Shown here one piece after another: positions 37,302 to 47,023 of a stretch of 64,000 nt of DNA. The DNA is from Verrucomicrobiota bacterium (GTDB lineage Bacteria > Verrucomicrobiota > Verrucomicrobiia > Limisphaerales > Palsa-1400), in the NCBI GenBank assembly GCA_049510745.1, contig JBEKYR010000003.1, forward strand, positions 160,001-224,000, read 5' to 3'. A model generated the notes under the pieces. It searched no databases. It was not told the DNA's origin and saw only the letters and a program-made list of their open reading frames with translations. The position numbers were made by a program, and so were the translations under genes. How positions within the stretch are numbered: the first letter of the stretch is position 1; each line of letters opens with the position of its first letter.

Positions 37302-38708
37302 ATGAGCACATTACTTCATGTCGTTCGGCGACAAAGAAAGATCAACTCATGGCTGGCTGCCGCTTGCTCCGGGGCGCAGGTTTTGGCCCTCAGCGTGGCG
37401 GCGGCTCCAACCACAGACCAAACCACCAACGAGATTGAAATCTTGAAAAAGCAAATCCAGGCCTTGACACAGAAAGTCGATGAACTGGAACTCAAGCAGG
37501 GTGCGGAGACCGAGACGCACAAGGCCGCCCCGTTCATCACGGCTGGCGAGACCGGGTTTTCCATGCAATCGGCCAACTCGAATTTCGTCTTGAAGCTCTC
37601 GGGCTTCAGCCAGGTGGACGGGCGCGACTACGTCTCACCGGCAATAGGAGCCAAGGACACCTTTACCATCCGCCGAATGCGCGCCATCGCCAGCGGCACG
37701 GTTTATCACGATTTCGACTATTACATGCAGGTCGATTTTGGCTCGGGCACCGTCAGCTCGACCACCAACAACGCGTTTCTGCAGGACGCGTATGTCAATA
37801 TCCACCCGTGGCAGGCCTTCCAGGTGCAGGTGGGCAAATTCAAGGAGCCGGTCAGCCTGGAAATCCTGCCGCTGGATCAATACCTGTGGTTCCTTGAACG
37901 CGGCTTCCCCACCGAATTGGCCCCCAACCGCGACGTCGGCGCCGAAATCCACGGCGACCTCTGGAACGGCGCGCTGACCTATGCCGCCGGCGCTTTTAAC
38001 GGCGTGCCCGACGGCGGCAGCGGCGACGTCGAGGTCGCGGACAACGACAAGGACGCGGTGGGGCGCGTCATCACGTTCCCATTTCGCAACACGCAGATCG
38101 ACGCGCTGAAAAACTTTGGCTTCGGCATCGGCAGCAGCTATGGCATTCAGGCGGGCACGACCACGCCGACCTTCGCCACAGTCGGCCGCCAGACTTTCTT
38201 CGGTTACAACAGCACGGTTAGCGAAAGCGGCCAGCACCTGCGGCTTGACCCGCAAGGTTATTATTGGTGGGGTCCGGTCTGCACCTACTGGGAGTACGCC
38301 ATTTCCGACGAGAAGTTCGTTCTCCCAAGCAAGAAGAGTGCGGCCTACTTTGAGAACACGGGTTGGGACATCGACGCCTCGTGGTATCTGACCGGCGAAT
38401 CGAACGTCTTCGGCGTGTTGCCGACGGTCGCCAGCCCGTTCCGCTTTGACGGTTCCGGGTGGGGCGCCTTCCAACTGGCGGCCCGTTTCGGCCAGCTTTC
38501 GCTCGACCCCGCCGCTTTTCCGCTCTATGCCAAGGCCGGTTCGCCTGAGAGAGCCACTTCCTGGAGCGTTGCCTTGAATTGGTACCTCAATCACAACGTC
38601 AAATGCATCTTTGAATACTCCCAAACCGCCTTCTCCGGCCCCAACCGCACCGGCGTCGCGGCCCAGGACGAAAAAGCTTTGCTGGGACGCCTGCAGTTTG
38701 GATTCTGA
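37302..38708 (+). CDS. OprO/OprP-family anion-selective porin
   Basis: Signal peptide plus coiled coil, FTIRRMR, LQDAYVN, VGKFKEPVSLE, LNWYLN, terminal RLQFGF. Confidence 0.85.
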   Translation: MSTLLHVVRRQRKINSWLAAACSGAQVLALSVAAAPTTDQTTNEIEILKKQIQALTQKVDELELKQGAETETHKAAPFITAGETGFSMQSANSNFVLKLSGFSQVDGRDYVSPAIGAKDTFTIRRMRAIASGTVYHDFDYYMQVDFGSGTVSSTTNNAFLQDAYVNIHPWQAFQVQVGKFKEPVSLEILPLDQYLWFLERGFPTELAPNRDVGAEIHGDLWNGALTYAAGAFNGVPDGGSGDVEVADNDKDAVGRVITFPFRNTQIDALKNFGFGIGSSYGIQAGTTTPTFATVGRQTFFGYNSTVSESGQHLRLDPQGYYWWGPVCTYWEYAISDEKFVLPSKKSAAYFENTGWDIDASWYLTGESNVFGVLPTVASPFRFDGSGWGAFQLAARFGQLSLDPAAFPLYAKAGSPERATSWSVALNWYLNHNVKCIFEYSQTAFSGPNRTGVAAQDEKALLGRLQFGF

Positions 38709-38720
38709 CGGCCCGATGAC

Positions 38721-39728
38721 ATGACGCGACGCTTATGCATGCTTACGGTCGCGGTGGCGCTGGCGGCGGTGGCCGCCTGCGCCGGCAACTCCATCTCCCT
38801 GCTCAACGTCTCCTACGATCCAACGCGCGAGTTTTACCAGGAGATCGACACCGCTTTCGCCAAGGAGTGGAAGGCAAAGACCGGGGACGAGGTCTCCATC
38901 CACCAATCGCACGGCGGTTCGGGAAAGCAGGCCCGGTCCGTCATTGACGGTTCGGAGGCCGACGTCGTCACGCTGGCCCTGGCGTGGGACATCGACGCGC
39001 TGCATGACCAGGCGCAACTGCTTCCCGCAAACTGGCAGCAACGGCTGCCCAGCAACAGTTGCCCCTACACTTCCACCATTGTTTTTCTGCTGCGTCACGG
39101 CGGGAAGACAACCGTCAAGGATTGGGACGATCTGATCCGTCCGGGTGTCAGCGTGGTCGCCCCCAATCCCAAGACCTCGGGCGGCGCGCGGTGGATTTAC
39201 CTCGCCGCCTACGGCGACGCGCTCAAAAAGAATCATGGCGACGCCGCGGCCGCCCGGCGCTTTGTCGAACAACTCTACCGGAACGTTCCGGTGATGGACG
39301 AAGGGGCGCGCGGCTCGGTCACGACCTTTGCCCAGCACGACATCGGCGACGTGCTCCTGAGTTGGGAAAACGAGGCCTGGTTGGTGGTTGATCGCTTCGG
39401 GCGCGGACGGTTCGACATCGTCTATCCTCCGCGCAGCATCCTGGCGGAACCGCCGGTGGCGGTGGTGGACAAGTTTGCCGACGCACACGGCACGCGGGCG
39501 GTGGCGGAAGCCTATTTGCGATTCCTCTACACCCCGGCCGCGCAGGAGATCGTGGCCCGGCATCATTTCCGCCCGCAACTCGACGAGGTCGCCCGCCGCC
39601 ACGCGACGGACTTCCCGCCGATGCAACTGTTTACATTGGCCGAAGTCTTCGGGAGTTGGAAGGAGGCGCAAAAAATCCACTTCGATGAGGGAGGCATCTT
39701 TGACCAGATCGCGCGCAGCCGCCGGTGA
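38721..39728 (+). CDS. sbp: Sulfate ABC transporter substrate-binding protein
   Basis: [37 protein letters not shown]. Confidence 0.95.
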   Translation: MTRRLCMLTVAVALAAVAACAGNSISLLNVSYDPTREFYQEIDTAFAKEWKAKTGDEVSIHQSHGGSGKQARSVIDGSEADVVTLALAWDIDALHDQAQLLPANWQQRLPSNSCPYTSTIVFLLRHGGKTTVKDWDDLIRPGVSVVAPNPKTSGGARWIYLAAYGDALKKNHGDAAAARRFVEQLYRNVPVMDEGARGSVTTFAQHDIGDVLLSWENEAWLVVDRFGRGRFDIVYPPRSILAEPPVAVVDKFADAHGTRAVAEAYLRFLYTPAAQEIVARHHFRPQLDEVARRHATDFPPMQLFTLAEVFGSWKEAQKIHFDEGGIFDQIARSRR

Positions 39729-40551
39729 GAGCGCCGCGCCGTCCAATCCGCTGCCCGGCTTCCCCCTGACGCTCGGGTTCACGGTATTTTATTTGACAGT
39801 GATTGTGCTGGCGCCGATCGCGGCGCTGGTGCTCAAGGCCTTGCGCCTGCCGTGGGCGCAACTGTGGGAACTGGCCACCAACCAACGCGCCCTGGCCTCC
39901 TATGAATTGAGCCTGGGCGCCTCCCTCGCCGCCGCCCTGGTCAACGCTCTCTTTGGCAGCCTGCTCGCCTGGGTGCTGGTGCGTTACCGGTTCCCCGGCC
40001 GCCGCCTCATCGACGGCTTGATTGATTTTCCCTTTGCCCTGCCGACGGCTGTGGCCGGGTTGACCCTGGCCGATTTGTTTTCCGCGCATGGCTGGCTGGG
40101 GCAATTCCTGGTGCCCCTGGGCATCAAAGGGGCCTTCACCCGCCTGGGCGTCGTCATCGCGCTGACGTTTGTCGGCTTGCCCTTTTCCGTGCGCACGCTC
40201 CAGCCGGTGCTGGAAACGCTGGAGGTGGGGGTGGAGGAGGCGGCCGCCTGCCTGGGGGCGGGCCGACTGCGGACTTTTCTCAGCGTCATTGCTCCCACCT
40301 TGCTGCCCACCATCCTGACCGGTTTTGGCCTCTCTTTCGCGCGGGCGCTGGGGGAATACGGCTCGATTGTTTTCATCTCGGGCAACCTGCCCCAAACGGA
40401 AATCGCCCCCACCCTCATCGTCATGCGCCTCAATCAATACGATTACACCGGCGCCATCGCGGTCGCCCTGGTCCTGATGATCTTCTCCTTCGCCCTCCTT
40501 CTGACTCTGAACATGCTGCAGGGCTGGGCCGCCCACTTCCAGGAACCATGA
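39700..40551 (+). CDS. cysT: Sulfate ABC transporter permease CysT
   Basis: [42 protein letters not shown] start after GAGGGAGG (start approximate). Confidence 0.92.
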   Translation: MTRSRAAAGESAAPSNPLPGFPLTLGFTVFYLTVIVLAPIAALVLKALRLPWAQLWELATNQRALASYELSLGASLAAALVNALFGSLLAWVLVRYRFPGRRLIDGLIDFPFALPTAVAGLTLADLFSAHGWLGQFLVPLGIKGAFTRLGVVIALTFVGLPFSVRTLQPVLETLEVGVEEAAACLGAGRLRTFLSVIAPTLLPTILTGFGLSFARALGEYGSIVFISGNLPQTEIAPTLIVMRLNQYDYTGAIAVALVLMIFSFALLLTLNMLQGWAAHFQEP

Positions 40552-41390
40552 CACCCGGCGCCCCACAGAGTTTCGCGCCCCCGCCGGACCGGCCGGTGGC
40601 AAAATGGCTGCTCATCGGCGTGGCCGCGTTGTTTTCCGCCGTTTTTTTGCTCCTGCCGCTGCTCAATGTTTTCGTCCAGGCCTTTTCCTCCGGCTGGGGG
40701 CCGTACTGGAAGGCCCTGTCCGACCCGGACACCGGCTCCGCGATTCGCTTGACACTGCTGGTGGCCGGGATCAGCGTGCCTCTCAACGCCGCTTTTGGTC
40801 TGGCCGCTTCCTGGGCCGTCGCCAAGTTCGATTTTCGCGGCAAGGCCCTGCTGCTCACCTTGCTGGACCTGCCTTTTTCCATTTCGCCGGTGGTCGCCGG
40901 ATTGCTCTTCGTCCTGCTCTTCGGGGCGCGCGGCTTCCTGGCCCCATTGCTGGAGGCGCACCACCTCAAGATCATTTTCGCCCTGCCCGGCATGGTGCTG
41001 GCCACCATTTTTGTCACTTTTCCCTACGTCGCGCGGGAATTGATCCCGGTGATGCAGGCGCAAGGGCGCGAGCAGGAGGAAGCGGCGCTGACCTTGGGGG
41101 CCAGCGGATGGAAGACCTTCCTGCACGTCACGCTGCCTTCGGTCAAATGGGGCTTGTTTTACGGCATCATTCTCTGCAACGCCCGCGCCATGGGCGAATT
41201 TGGCGCCGTCTCGGTCGTTTCCGGCCATATCGCCGGCCAGACGGACACCTTGCCATTGCGGGTGGAGAAGCTCTATTATGAGTTTGATCCGGCCGCCCCG
41301 TTCGCGGTGGCTACGCTGCTGGCTTTGCTCGCCCTGGCCACCGTGCTGCTCAAGGCATTTCTCGAATGGAGAAGCCGGCGCGAATCGTAG
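40548..41390 (+). CDS. cysW: Sulfate ABC transporter permease CysW
   Basis: DLPFSISPVVAGL, FVTFPYVAREL, NARAMGEFGAVSVVSG. Confidence 0.93.
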   Translation: MTPGAPQSFAPPPDRPVAKWLLIGVAALFSAVFLLLPLLNVFVQAFSSGWGPYWKALSDPDTGSAIRLTLLVAGISVPLNAAFGLAASWAVAKFDFRGKALLLTLLDLPFSISPVVAGLLFVLLFGARGFLAPLLEAHHLKIIFALPGMVLATIFVTFPYVARELIPVMQAQGREQEEAALTLGASGWKTFLHVTLPSVKWGLFYGIILCNARAMGEFGAVSVVSGHIAGQTDTLPLRVEKLYYEFDPAAPFAVATLLALLALATVLLKAFLEWRSRRES

Positions 41391-41426
41391 TAGAATGCAC
41401 GGCATGTCAGAACCCAAGCGCGCCGC

Positions 41427-42530
41427 TTGAGCATCGAATTAAAGAACGTCACCAAGCGTTACGGCCAGGTGACTGCGGTTGAGGACATCAACTTCGCGGT
41501 CACCGAGGGCGAATTGCTCGCCTTGCTCGGCCCCAGCGGCAGCGGAAAAACCACCATCCTCCGCCTCATCGCCGGCCTGGAAACCCCCGCCAGCGGCGGC
41601 ATCTTCATCCGCGGCGCCCAGGTCAACAGCGTCCCCGTGCAGCAGCGCAACATCGGCTTCGTTTTCCAGAACTACGCCTTGTTCAAAAACATGACCGTTT
41701 TTCACAACATCGCCTTCGGCCTGAAAATCAAGAAGTGGGGCCGGCCCCGCATCGTCGATCGGGTCGGCGAACTGGTCGCTTTGCTGGAATTGGACGGCCT
41801 GCTGGAGCGCTATCCCCATCAATTGTCCGGCGGCCAGCGCCAGCGCGTTGCCATTGCCCGCGCCCTGGCGCCGGGGCCGGATGTCCTGCTGCTGGACGAG
41901 CCGTTTGCGGCGGTCGATGCCCAAATCCGCCAGGAACTGCGCCAATGGCTGGTCCGCCTCCACCAGGACCTCAAGATCACCGCCATTTTCGTCACCCACG
42001 ACCAGGAGGAGGCGATGGAAGTGGCCGACCGCATCGTGGTTTTTTCCAAGGGGCGCCTGGAACAGATCGGCACCCCGCGGGACGTTTATGAAAAGCCGTG
42101 CAATGAGTTTGTGGCGCGGTTCGTCGGCGTGCTCAACGTTCTGGAATTGGAAGTCCGCGGCGGGCTGGCCCGGTGTCAAGACTTGGAATTCCCGGCCCAC
42201 GGCCTGGCCGACGGCCAGAAACTGCGCATCGGCTTCCGTCCTTACGCCGTCCAGGTCTCCGCCGACCCGGCCGCCTTGCGCTATCCGGCCCTCTTGCGGC
42301 GCACTTATTTTCTGGGCGTCATGCTCCGCCTGGAAATCGAACTGCCCGGCGGCCTTGTCATCCGTTCGCGCATGAGCAAGGAGGATTACACGCGTCTCGG
42401 GCTGGCCGATGGACGCCCGGTTTCATTTCAAATCCGCGCCTATCGCGTCCTCTCCAGGGAGGGCGAACCGCTGGCGGATGAAGTCGCCACCACCCACGAG
42501 GTGCAGCCTCATCTGGGCGAGGGGATTTAG
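41427..42530 (+). CDS. cysA: Sulfate ABC transporter ATP-binding protein
   Basis: GPSGSGKTT, LSGGQRQR, LLLDEPF, VTHDQEEA; last gene of the operon. Confidence 0.93.
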   Translation: MSIELKNVTKRYGQVTAVEDINFAVTEGELLALLGPSGSGKTTILRLIAGLETPASGGIFIRGAQVNSVPVQQRNIGFVFQNYALFKNMTVFHNIAFGLKIKKWGRPRIVDRVGELVALLELDGLLERYPHQLSGGQRQRVAIARALAPGPDVLLLDEPFAAVDAQIRQELRQWLVRLHQDLKITAIFVTHDQEEAMEVADRIVVFSKGRLEQIGTPRDVYEKPCNEFVARFVGVLNVLELEVRGGLARCQDLEFPAHGLADGQKLRIGFRPYAVQVSADPAALRYPALLRRTYFLGVMLRLEIELPGGLVIRSRMSKEDYTRLGLADGRPVSFQIRAYRVLSREGEPLADEVATTHEVQPHLGEGI

Positions 42531-42534
42531 GAGC

Positions 42535-42875
42535 TTATCCCTCCGGCGGCCCCGTCGCGAGCGCTCCCTTGCAATCAGGACAACTGGAGCAGCCCCAAAA
42601 CTGCTGGCCGATCTTCGTGCCTTTGCGTGCCGTGCGAAGCAGCATCGGCTTGCCGCACTTCGGGCAGGATTTCCTGTCGGACTTGTCCACCCTGTCCGAC
42701 CCGTCAGATTCTCTCCCCTGACTCCGCGCCCGGTAAAGCTTCTCGGTGAATCCTCCGTTCTCCAGAAAAGTCCGCCCCTGGCTTTCGATCTGGCGCTTGA
42801 GCAGATAGGCCGCCTGGTTCACGGCGCAGAGCATCGCGTTGCCCGCCAGCTCCAGCGCAGCCTGTTCCACAGCAT
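42535..42875 (-). pseudogene. 3' remnant of a four-helix-bundle-suffix protein with C4 zinc finger
   Basis: ELAGNAMLCAVNQAAYLLKRQIE..FLENGGFTEKLYRAR suffix domain plus CPKCGKPM..FWGCSSCPDC; the N-terminal four-helix domain is absent. Confidence 0.65.
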
Positions 42876-43037
42876 GCGGCTGAGGGACCCCGCTACGAAA
42901 CGCGTGCCGCCACAGCCGATCGCCTTCCATAAGCGAACCAAGCACAGTTTTTCGGTTTGGATCCCGTCACTAAAATCTGCCGTGCCAAAAGCTTGTGAAA
43001 ACCTAAAATCACCCGTAAATTCTGCGCTGGATTCAGA

Positions 43038-44258
43038 ATGATGATGAAAATCCAACCGAGTTCTCTATTTCACCGGTTGGCCATTCCTTCGGTTGGCTTT
43101 TGGCGAACCGTGTACCAGTCCTTCCTACGCAGTATAGGGGCACTTATTTTTACCTTGCCTCTCGATGCTCTCTCCCAGGCTAATTACGCGACTCCTTATA
43201 CTTTCACCACCCTGGCCGGAAAGGCTGGCGCTCACGGAAGTGCGGACGGGAAAGGGCGTTCCGCGCGGTTTAACGATCCTCACGGCGTGGCAGTGGACAT
43301 TGCGGGCAACGTCTATGTGGCAGACACGGAGAACTGCACTATCCGCAAAGTAACCCCAGATGGAGTAGTGACAACCATCGCCGGGCGGGCGGGCCAGTCT
43401 GGAACCAATGACGGTGTGGGGAGCAACGCGCGGTTTTATATCCCTTACGGGGTGGCTGTGGATAGCGGTGGCAACGTCTATGTGGCAGATACAGGCAACA
43501 GCGCAATCCGCAGAATCACGCCGGCAGGCATGGTGACCACTTTGGCTGGAACGCCGAAGCCTTTCAGCCCAGACAATAATGATTGGGCCAGCACGGATGG
43601 CAGGGGGAGGGCCGCAAAATTTAATGGTCCTACCGGGTTGGCTGTGGACAGCGCGGGGAACGTTTATGTGGCCGACGAAAATAGCCACAAAGTCCGTAAA
43701 GTGACGTCAGCAGGAGAGGTGACCACTCTGACTGGTTTGGCCTCGGCTGGCAATGCAAATGGCACAGGGAAGGCCCTACGATTCGAGCTGCCTTGGAGCG
43801 TGGCTGTTGACAGCGAAGGCAACGTCTATGTAGTCGACGACAAACACACCATCTACAGAGTGACGCCAGCAGGAGTAGTGACGAATCTGGCTGGACAGGA
43901 GTGGGAGTTCAACCCTCTCGGCAACATTTCTAGCGGCAGGGACGGCGAAGGAAGCACAGCGCGTTTTGCTGGTCCAAGCGGGCTTGCACTGGACAGCGCC
44001 GGCAATATCTTTGTCTCAGATTCAGGTGACCAAACGATTCGGCTTGTGACACGGATGGGAGTGGTGACGACCATTGCCGGTCTGGCGGGCCATCCGGGCA
44101 AGGCGGACGGGAAAGGGAGCAAGGCGCGATTTGGTGCCCGCATGGTTTGCCCATCAGGCGAGTTTGACATTGGTCCCAACAGCGTGGCCGTGGATAGCGC
44201 GGGCAACGTCTATGTCGCGGACACAGGCAACCACACGATCCGCAAAGGACACAGGTAG
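43038..44258 (+). CDS. NHL-repeat beta-propeller protein, probably secreted
   Basis: About 6 repeats of F..P.GVAVDSAGNVYVADTGN..IRK.T..G.VTTLAG. Confidence 0.9.
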   Translation: MMMKIQPSSLFHRLAIPSVGFWRTVYQSFLRSIGALIFTLPLDALSQANYATPYTFTTLAGKAGAHGSADGKGRSARFNDPHGVAVDIAGNVYVADTENCTIRKVTPDGVVTTIAGRAGQSGTNDGVGSNARFYIPYGVAVDSGGNVYVADTGNSAIRRITPAGMVTTLAGTPKPFSPDNNDWASTDGRGRAAKFNGPTGLAVDSAGNVYVADENSHKVRKVTSAGEVTTLTGLASAGNANGTGKALRFELPWSVAVDSEGNVYVVDDKHTIYRVTPAGVVTNLAGQEWEFNPLGNISSGRDGEGSTARFAGPSGLALDSAGNIFVSDSGDQTIRLVTRMGVVTTIAGLAGHPGKADGKGSKARFGARMVCPSGEFDIGPNSVAVDSAGNVYVADTGNHTIRKGHR

Positions 44259-44285
44259 CAGAGAGGGAGGAAGAAAACAGTTTTT

Positions 44286-44311
44286 CTCTGCGCGCTCTGC
44301 GCCTCTGCGCG
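44286..44311 (+). repeat. Short tandem repeat CTCTGCGC(G) x3
   Basis: CTCTGCGCG CTCTGCGC CTCTGCGCG. Confidence 0.7.
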
Positions 44312-44479
44312 AACAGGCTGGTTTCCTCTATTAGGTTAGCCGTCCAAGGGGGAGTATATTTGGACCGCATACACTATTCTGCCAAATCCCCAATGAATTC
44401 GGCCAAGCGAAGTTTTTGTCGTGCGCCCTTCCGATAAGATTTTCTCCGGCAGAGGCTGGGAGCGCGGAAAAAGAGTTTT

Positions 44480-44565
44480 GACAGGATGAACAGGATGGAC
44501 AGGATGAAGGGGGAATTCTCTTTTCTGAATCCATTCTTAATCCTGTTAATCCTGTTCATCCTGTC
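44480..44565. repeat. Inverted pair of 9-mer tandem arrays
   Basis: (RACAGGATG)x3 at 44480-44506 and (MATCCTGTY)x3 at 44539-44565. Confidence 0.85.
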
Positions 44566-44672
44566 CGTCTCTTTTTGGTTGCGGCTCCGTCGCGCTGCGC
44601 TTGCCCCAGGTCCTTGCCCCAATGGGTGGGTTTGACTTGCCGCCGGATTTCGGGCATGACTGGCGCCACATT

Positions 44673-46223
44673 ATGAAATCCACATTTTGCTTCGTTCTGG
44701 GACTGGGTCTCAGTCTTTCCGCGGCGCTGGCCCAGGAGCCGGCGGCGTCCTTCAATGCCTTACTGATCGTCAAAGCCAATCAGCCGGGCGCGGTCATCAA
44801 CCGCAACATCTACGGGCAGTTCTCCGAGCATCTCGGTCATTGCATCTATGAAGGCGTTTGGGTGGGCGAGGACAGTTCCATCCCCAATACCCGCGGCATC
44901 CGCAATGATGTCGTGGACGCCCTCAAGAAATTGAAGGTGCCGGTCTTGCGCTGGCCGGGCGGCTGTTTTGCCGATGAATATCATTGGAAGGATGGCATCG
45001 GGCCGCGCGACAAACGGCCTTCCATGATTAACACCCATTGGGGCGGCGTGGTCGAAAACAACGCCTTCGGCACGCACGAATTCATGGACTTTTGCGCCCA
45101 GATCGGCGCCCAACCCTATTTCTGCGGCAACGTCGGCAGCGGCTCCGTCCAGGAAATGATGGAGTGGGTCGAATACGTCAGCTCCGACGCCAAATCCCCC
45201 ATGGCCAATCTCCGCCGGCAAAACGGCCGCGAGGAACCGTGGAAACTTCCCTTCTTCGGCGTCGGCAACGAAAGCTGGGGCTGCGGCGGCAGCATGACCC
45301 CGGAGTTTTACGCCGAGAATTTCCGCCGCTATAACACCTTCGTCAAGGATTACCCCGGCAACAAAATTTTTCGCATCGCCTGCGGCGCCAACGGCGCCGA
45401 TTACCGCTGGACTGAAGTGCTCATGACCAACGCCGCCCGCCAGATGAACGGCCTTTCCCTCCATTATTATTGCGGCACCGGCCGCGAGAGCCGTTCGGCC
45501 ACCGAGTTCTCCGAGGGCGACTGGATTTACCTGCTGCACAGCGCCGCCCGCATCGAGGATCTGGTCGGCCGCCACTCCCAAATCATGGACCGTTACGATC
45601 CGCAGAAACGCGTCGGCCTCATCGTCGATGAATGGGGCGCCTGGCACGCCGTCGAACCAGGCTCCAACCCCGGCTTTCTTTACCAGCAAAACACCCTGCG
45701 CGACGCCCTGGTCGCCGGCCTGACCTTGAACGTCTTCAACCGCCACTGTGACCGCGTGAAAATGGCCAACATCGCCCAGCTCATCAACGTCCTCCAGGCC
45801 ATGATCCTGACCGACAAGGAAAAGATGCTGTTGACTCCTACCTACCACGTCTTCGAGATGTACAACGTCCATCAGGACGCCATCCTGCTCCCCTCCGAAC
45901 TGGCGTCGCCCGATTACCGCCTCGGCGCGGAGGCCATCCCCGCCCTCTCCGCCTCCGCCTCGCGCGACAACGACGGCAAAGTCCACATCTCCCTGACCAA
46001 CGCCGATCCCCACCGCGCGGCCAACTTGTCCTGTCAATTGGACGGGATGACGGCCAAGTCCGTCACGGGCCGCGTCCTGACCGCGCCGGCGATCAATTCC
46101 CACAACACCTTCGGCGCGCCCAACGCGGTCCAGCCCCAGGCGCTGGACGGCGCGACCGTTGAGGGCGGAAAGCTCTCCGTCACGCTCCCGCCCAAGTCGG
46201 TCGTCGTGCTGGAAGTGCTCTGA
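44673..46223 (+). CDS. Alpha-L-arabinofuranosidase (GH51), secreted
   Basis: [52 protein letters not shown]. Confidence 0.95.
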   Translation: MKSTFCFVLGLGLSLSAALAQEPAASFNALLIVKANQPGAVINRNIYGQFSEHLGHCIYEGVWVGEDSSIPNTRGIRNDVVDALKKLKVPVLRWPGGCFADEYHWKDGIGPRDKRPSMINTHWGGVVENNAFGTHEFMDFCAQIGAQPYFCGNVGSGSVQEMMEWVEYVSSDAKSPMANLRRQNGREEPWKLPFFGVGNESWGCGGSMTPEFYAENFRRYNTFVKDYPGNKIFRIACGANGADYRWTEVLMTNAARQMNGLSLHYYCGTGRESRSATEFSEGDWIYLLHSAARIEDLVGRHSQIMDRYDPQKRVGLIVDEWGAWHAVEPGSNPGFLYQQNTLRDALVAGLTLNVFNRHCDRVKMANIAQLINVLQAMILTDKEKMLLTPTYHVFEMYNVHQDAILLPSELASPDYRLGAEAIPALSASASRDNDGKVHISLTNADPHRAANLSCQLDGMTAKSVTGRVLTAPAINSHNTFGAPNAVQPQALDGATVEGGKLSVTLPPKSVVVLEVL

Positions 46224-46231
46224 GCTATTCC

Positions 46232-47017
46232 ATGTCTTTTTTCTTTGTCTTTCTCGGATCGGGGACTTCGCAGGGAGTCCCCATCATTGGCATGGACTAT
46301 CCGCCGGAATTCCTGGCCAACCCGAAAAATCACCGCACCCGGCCTTCGATTTACGTCGCGACCGGGCAGGTCAAACTGGTGGTCGATACCACCCCGGAAT
46401 TCCGCCTGCAAATCCTGCGCGAAAACATCCGCTGGCTCGATGCCGTGGTTTTCACCCATGCCCACGCCGACCACATCATGGGTCTGGACGATTGCCGGCG
46501 CTTTTGCGACTTGCGCGGCGGCGCGGCCCTGCCGATTTACGCCAGCGAGCCGACAATGGCCGATTTGCGGCGCGTGTTTAAATACGCCTTCGAAGCCGAA
46601 ACGACCCCAAAGGGTTACTTCAAGCCTGAGCCGCATATTGTCGATGGGCCGTTTCGCCTGGGCGATCTGGAGATCATCCCGCTGCCGGTTCCGCACGGGC
46701 GCTCCGGGACCAACGGCTATCTTTTCGTCCAGGACGGCAGGAAGCGGCTGGCGTACTTGAGCGATTGCAAGGAGGTGCCGCCGCCCGTGGTCGAGCAGGT
46801 CCGCGGCGTGGAAGTCGCCGTGCTGGACGCCCTGCGCCGCGCGCCGCATCCGACGCACATGTGCCTGGATGAGGCGCTGACGGCGGCCCGCCGGATTGGC
46901 GCGGCTCGCACGTGCTTCACCCATTTGACGCACGATTACGACCATGACATCGCCCAGGCCGAACTGCCCCCGGGCGTCGAATATGCCTATGACGGTTTGC
47001 GTATCGATCTGGTCTAA
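46232..47017 (+). CDS. MBL-fold metallo-hydrolase (PhnP-like)
   Basis: [38 protein letters not shown]. Confidence 0.9.
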   Translation: MSFFFVFLGSGTSQGVPIIGMDYPPEFLANPKNHRTRPSIYVATGQVKLVVDTTPEFRLQILRENIRWLDAVVFTHAHADHIMGLDDCRRFCDLRGGAALPIYASEPTMADLRRVFKYAFEAETTPKGYFKPEPHIVDGPFRLGDLEIIPLPVPHGRSGTNGYLFVQDGRKRLAYLSDCKEVPPPVVEQVRGVEVAVLDALRRAPHPTHMCLDEALTAARRIGAARTCFTHLTHDYDHDIAQAELPPGVEYAYDGLRIDLV

Positions 47018-47023
47018 GGAAAT

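Noticed and set aside
12410..44258. PEP-CTERM substrates for the exosortase
   Set aside because: None of the secreted proteins (LamG, FN3, NHL) ends in PEP-TM-basic residues.
44373..44430. Possible IS terminal remnant (CTATTCTGCCAAATC..TTTTTGTCGTGCGCCC)
   Set aside because: No matching inverted partner or transposase fragment could be identified by eye.
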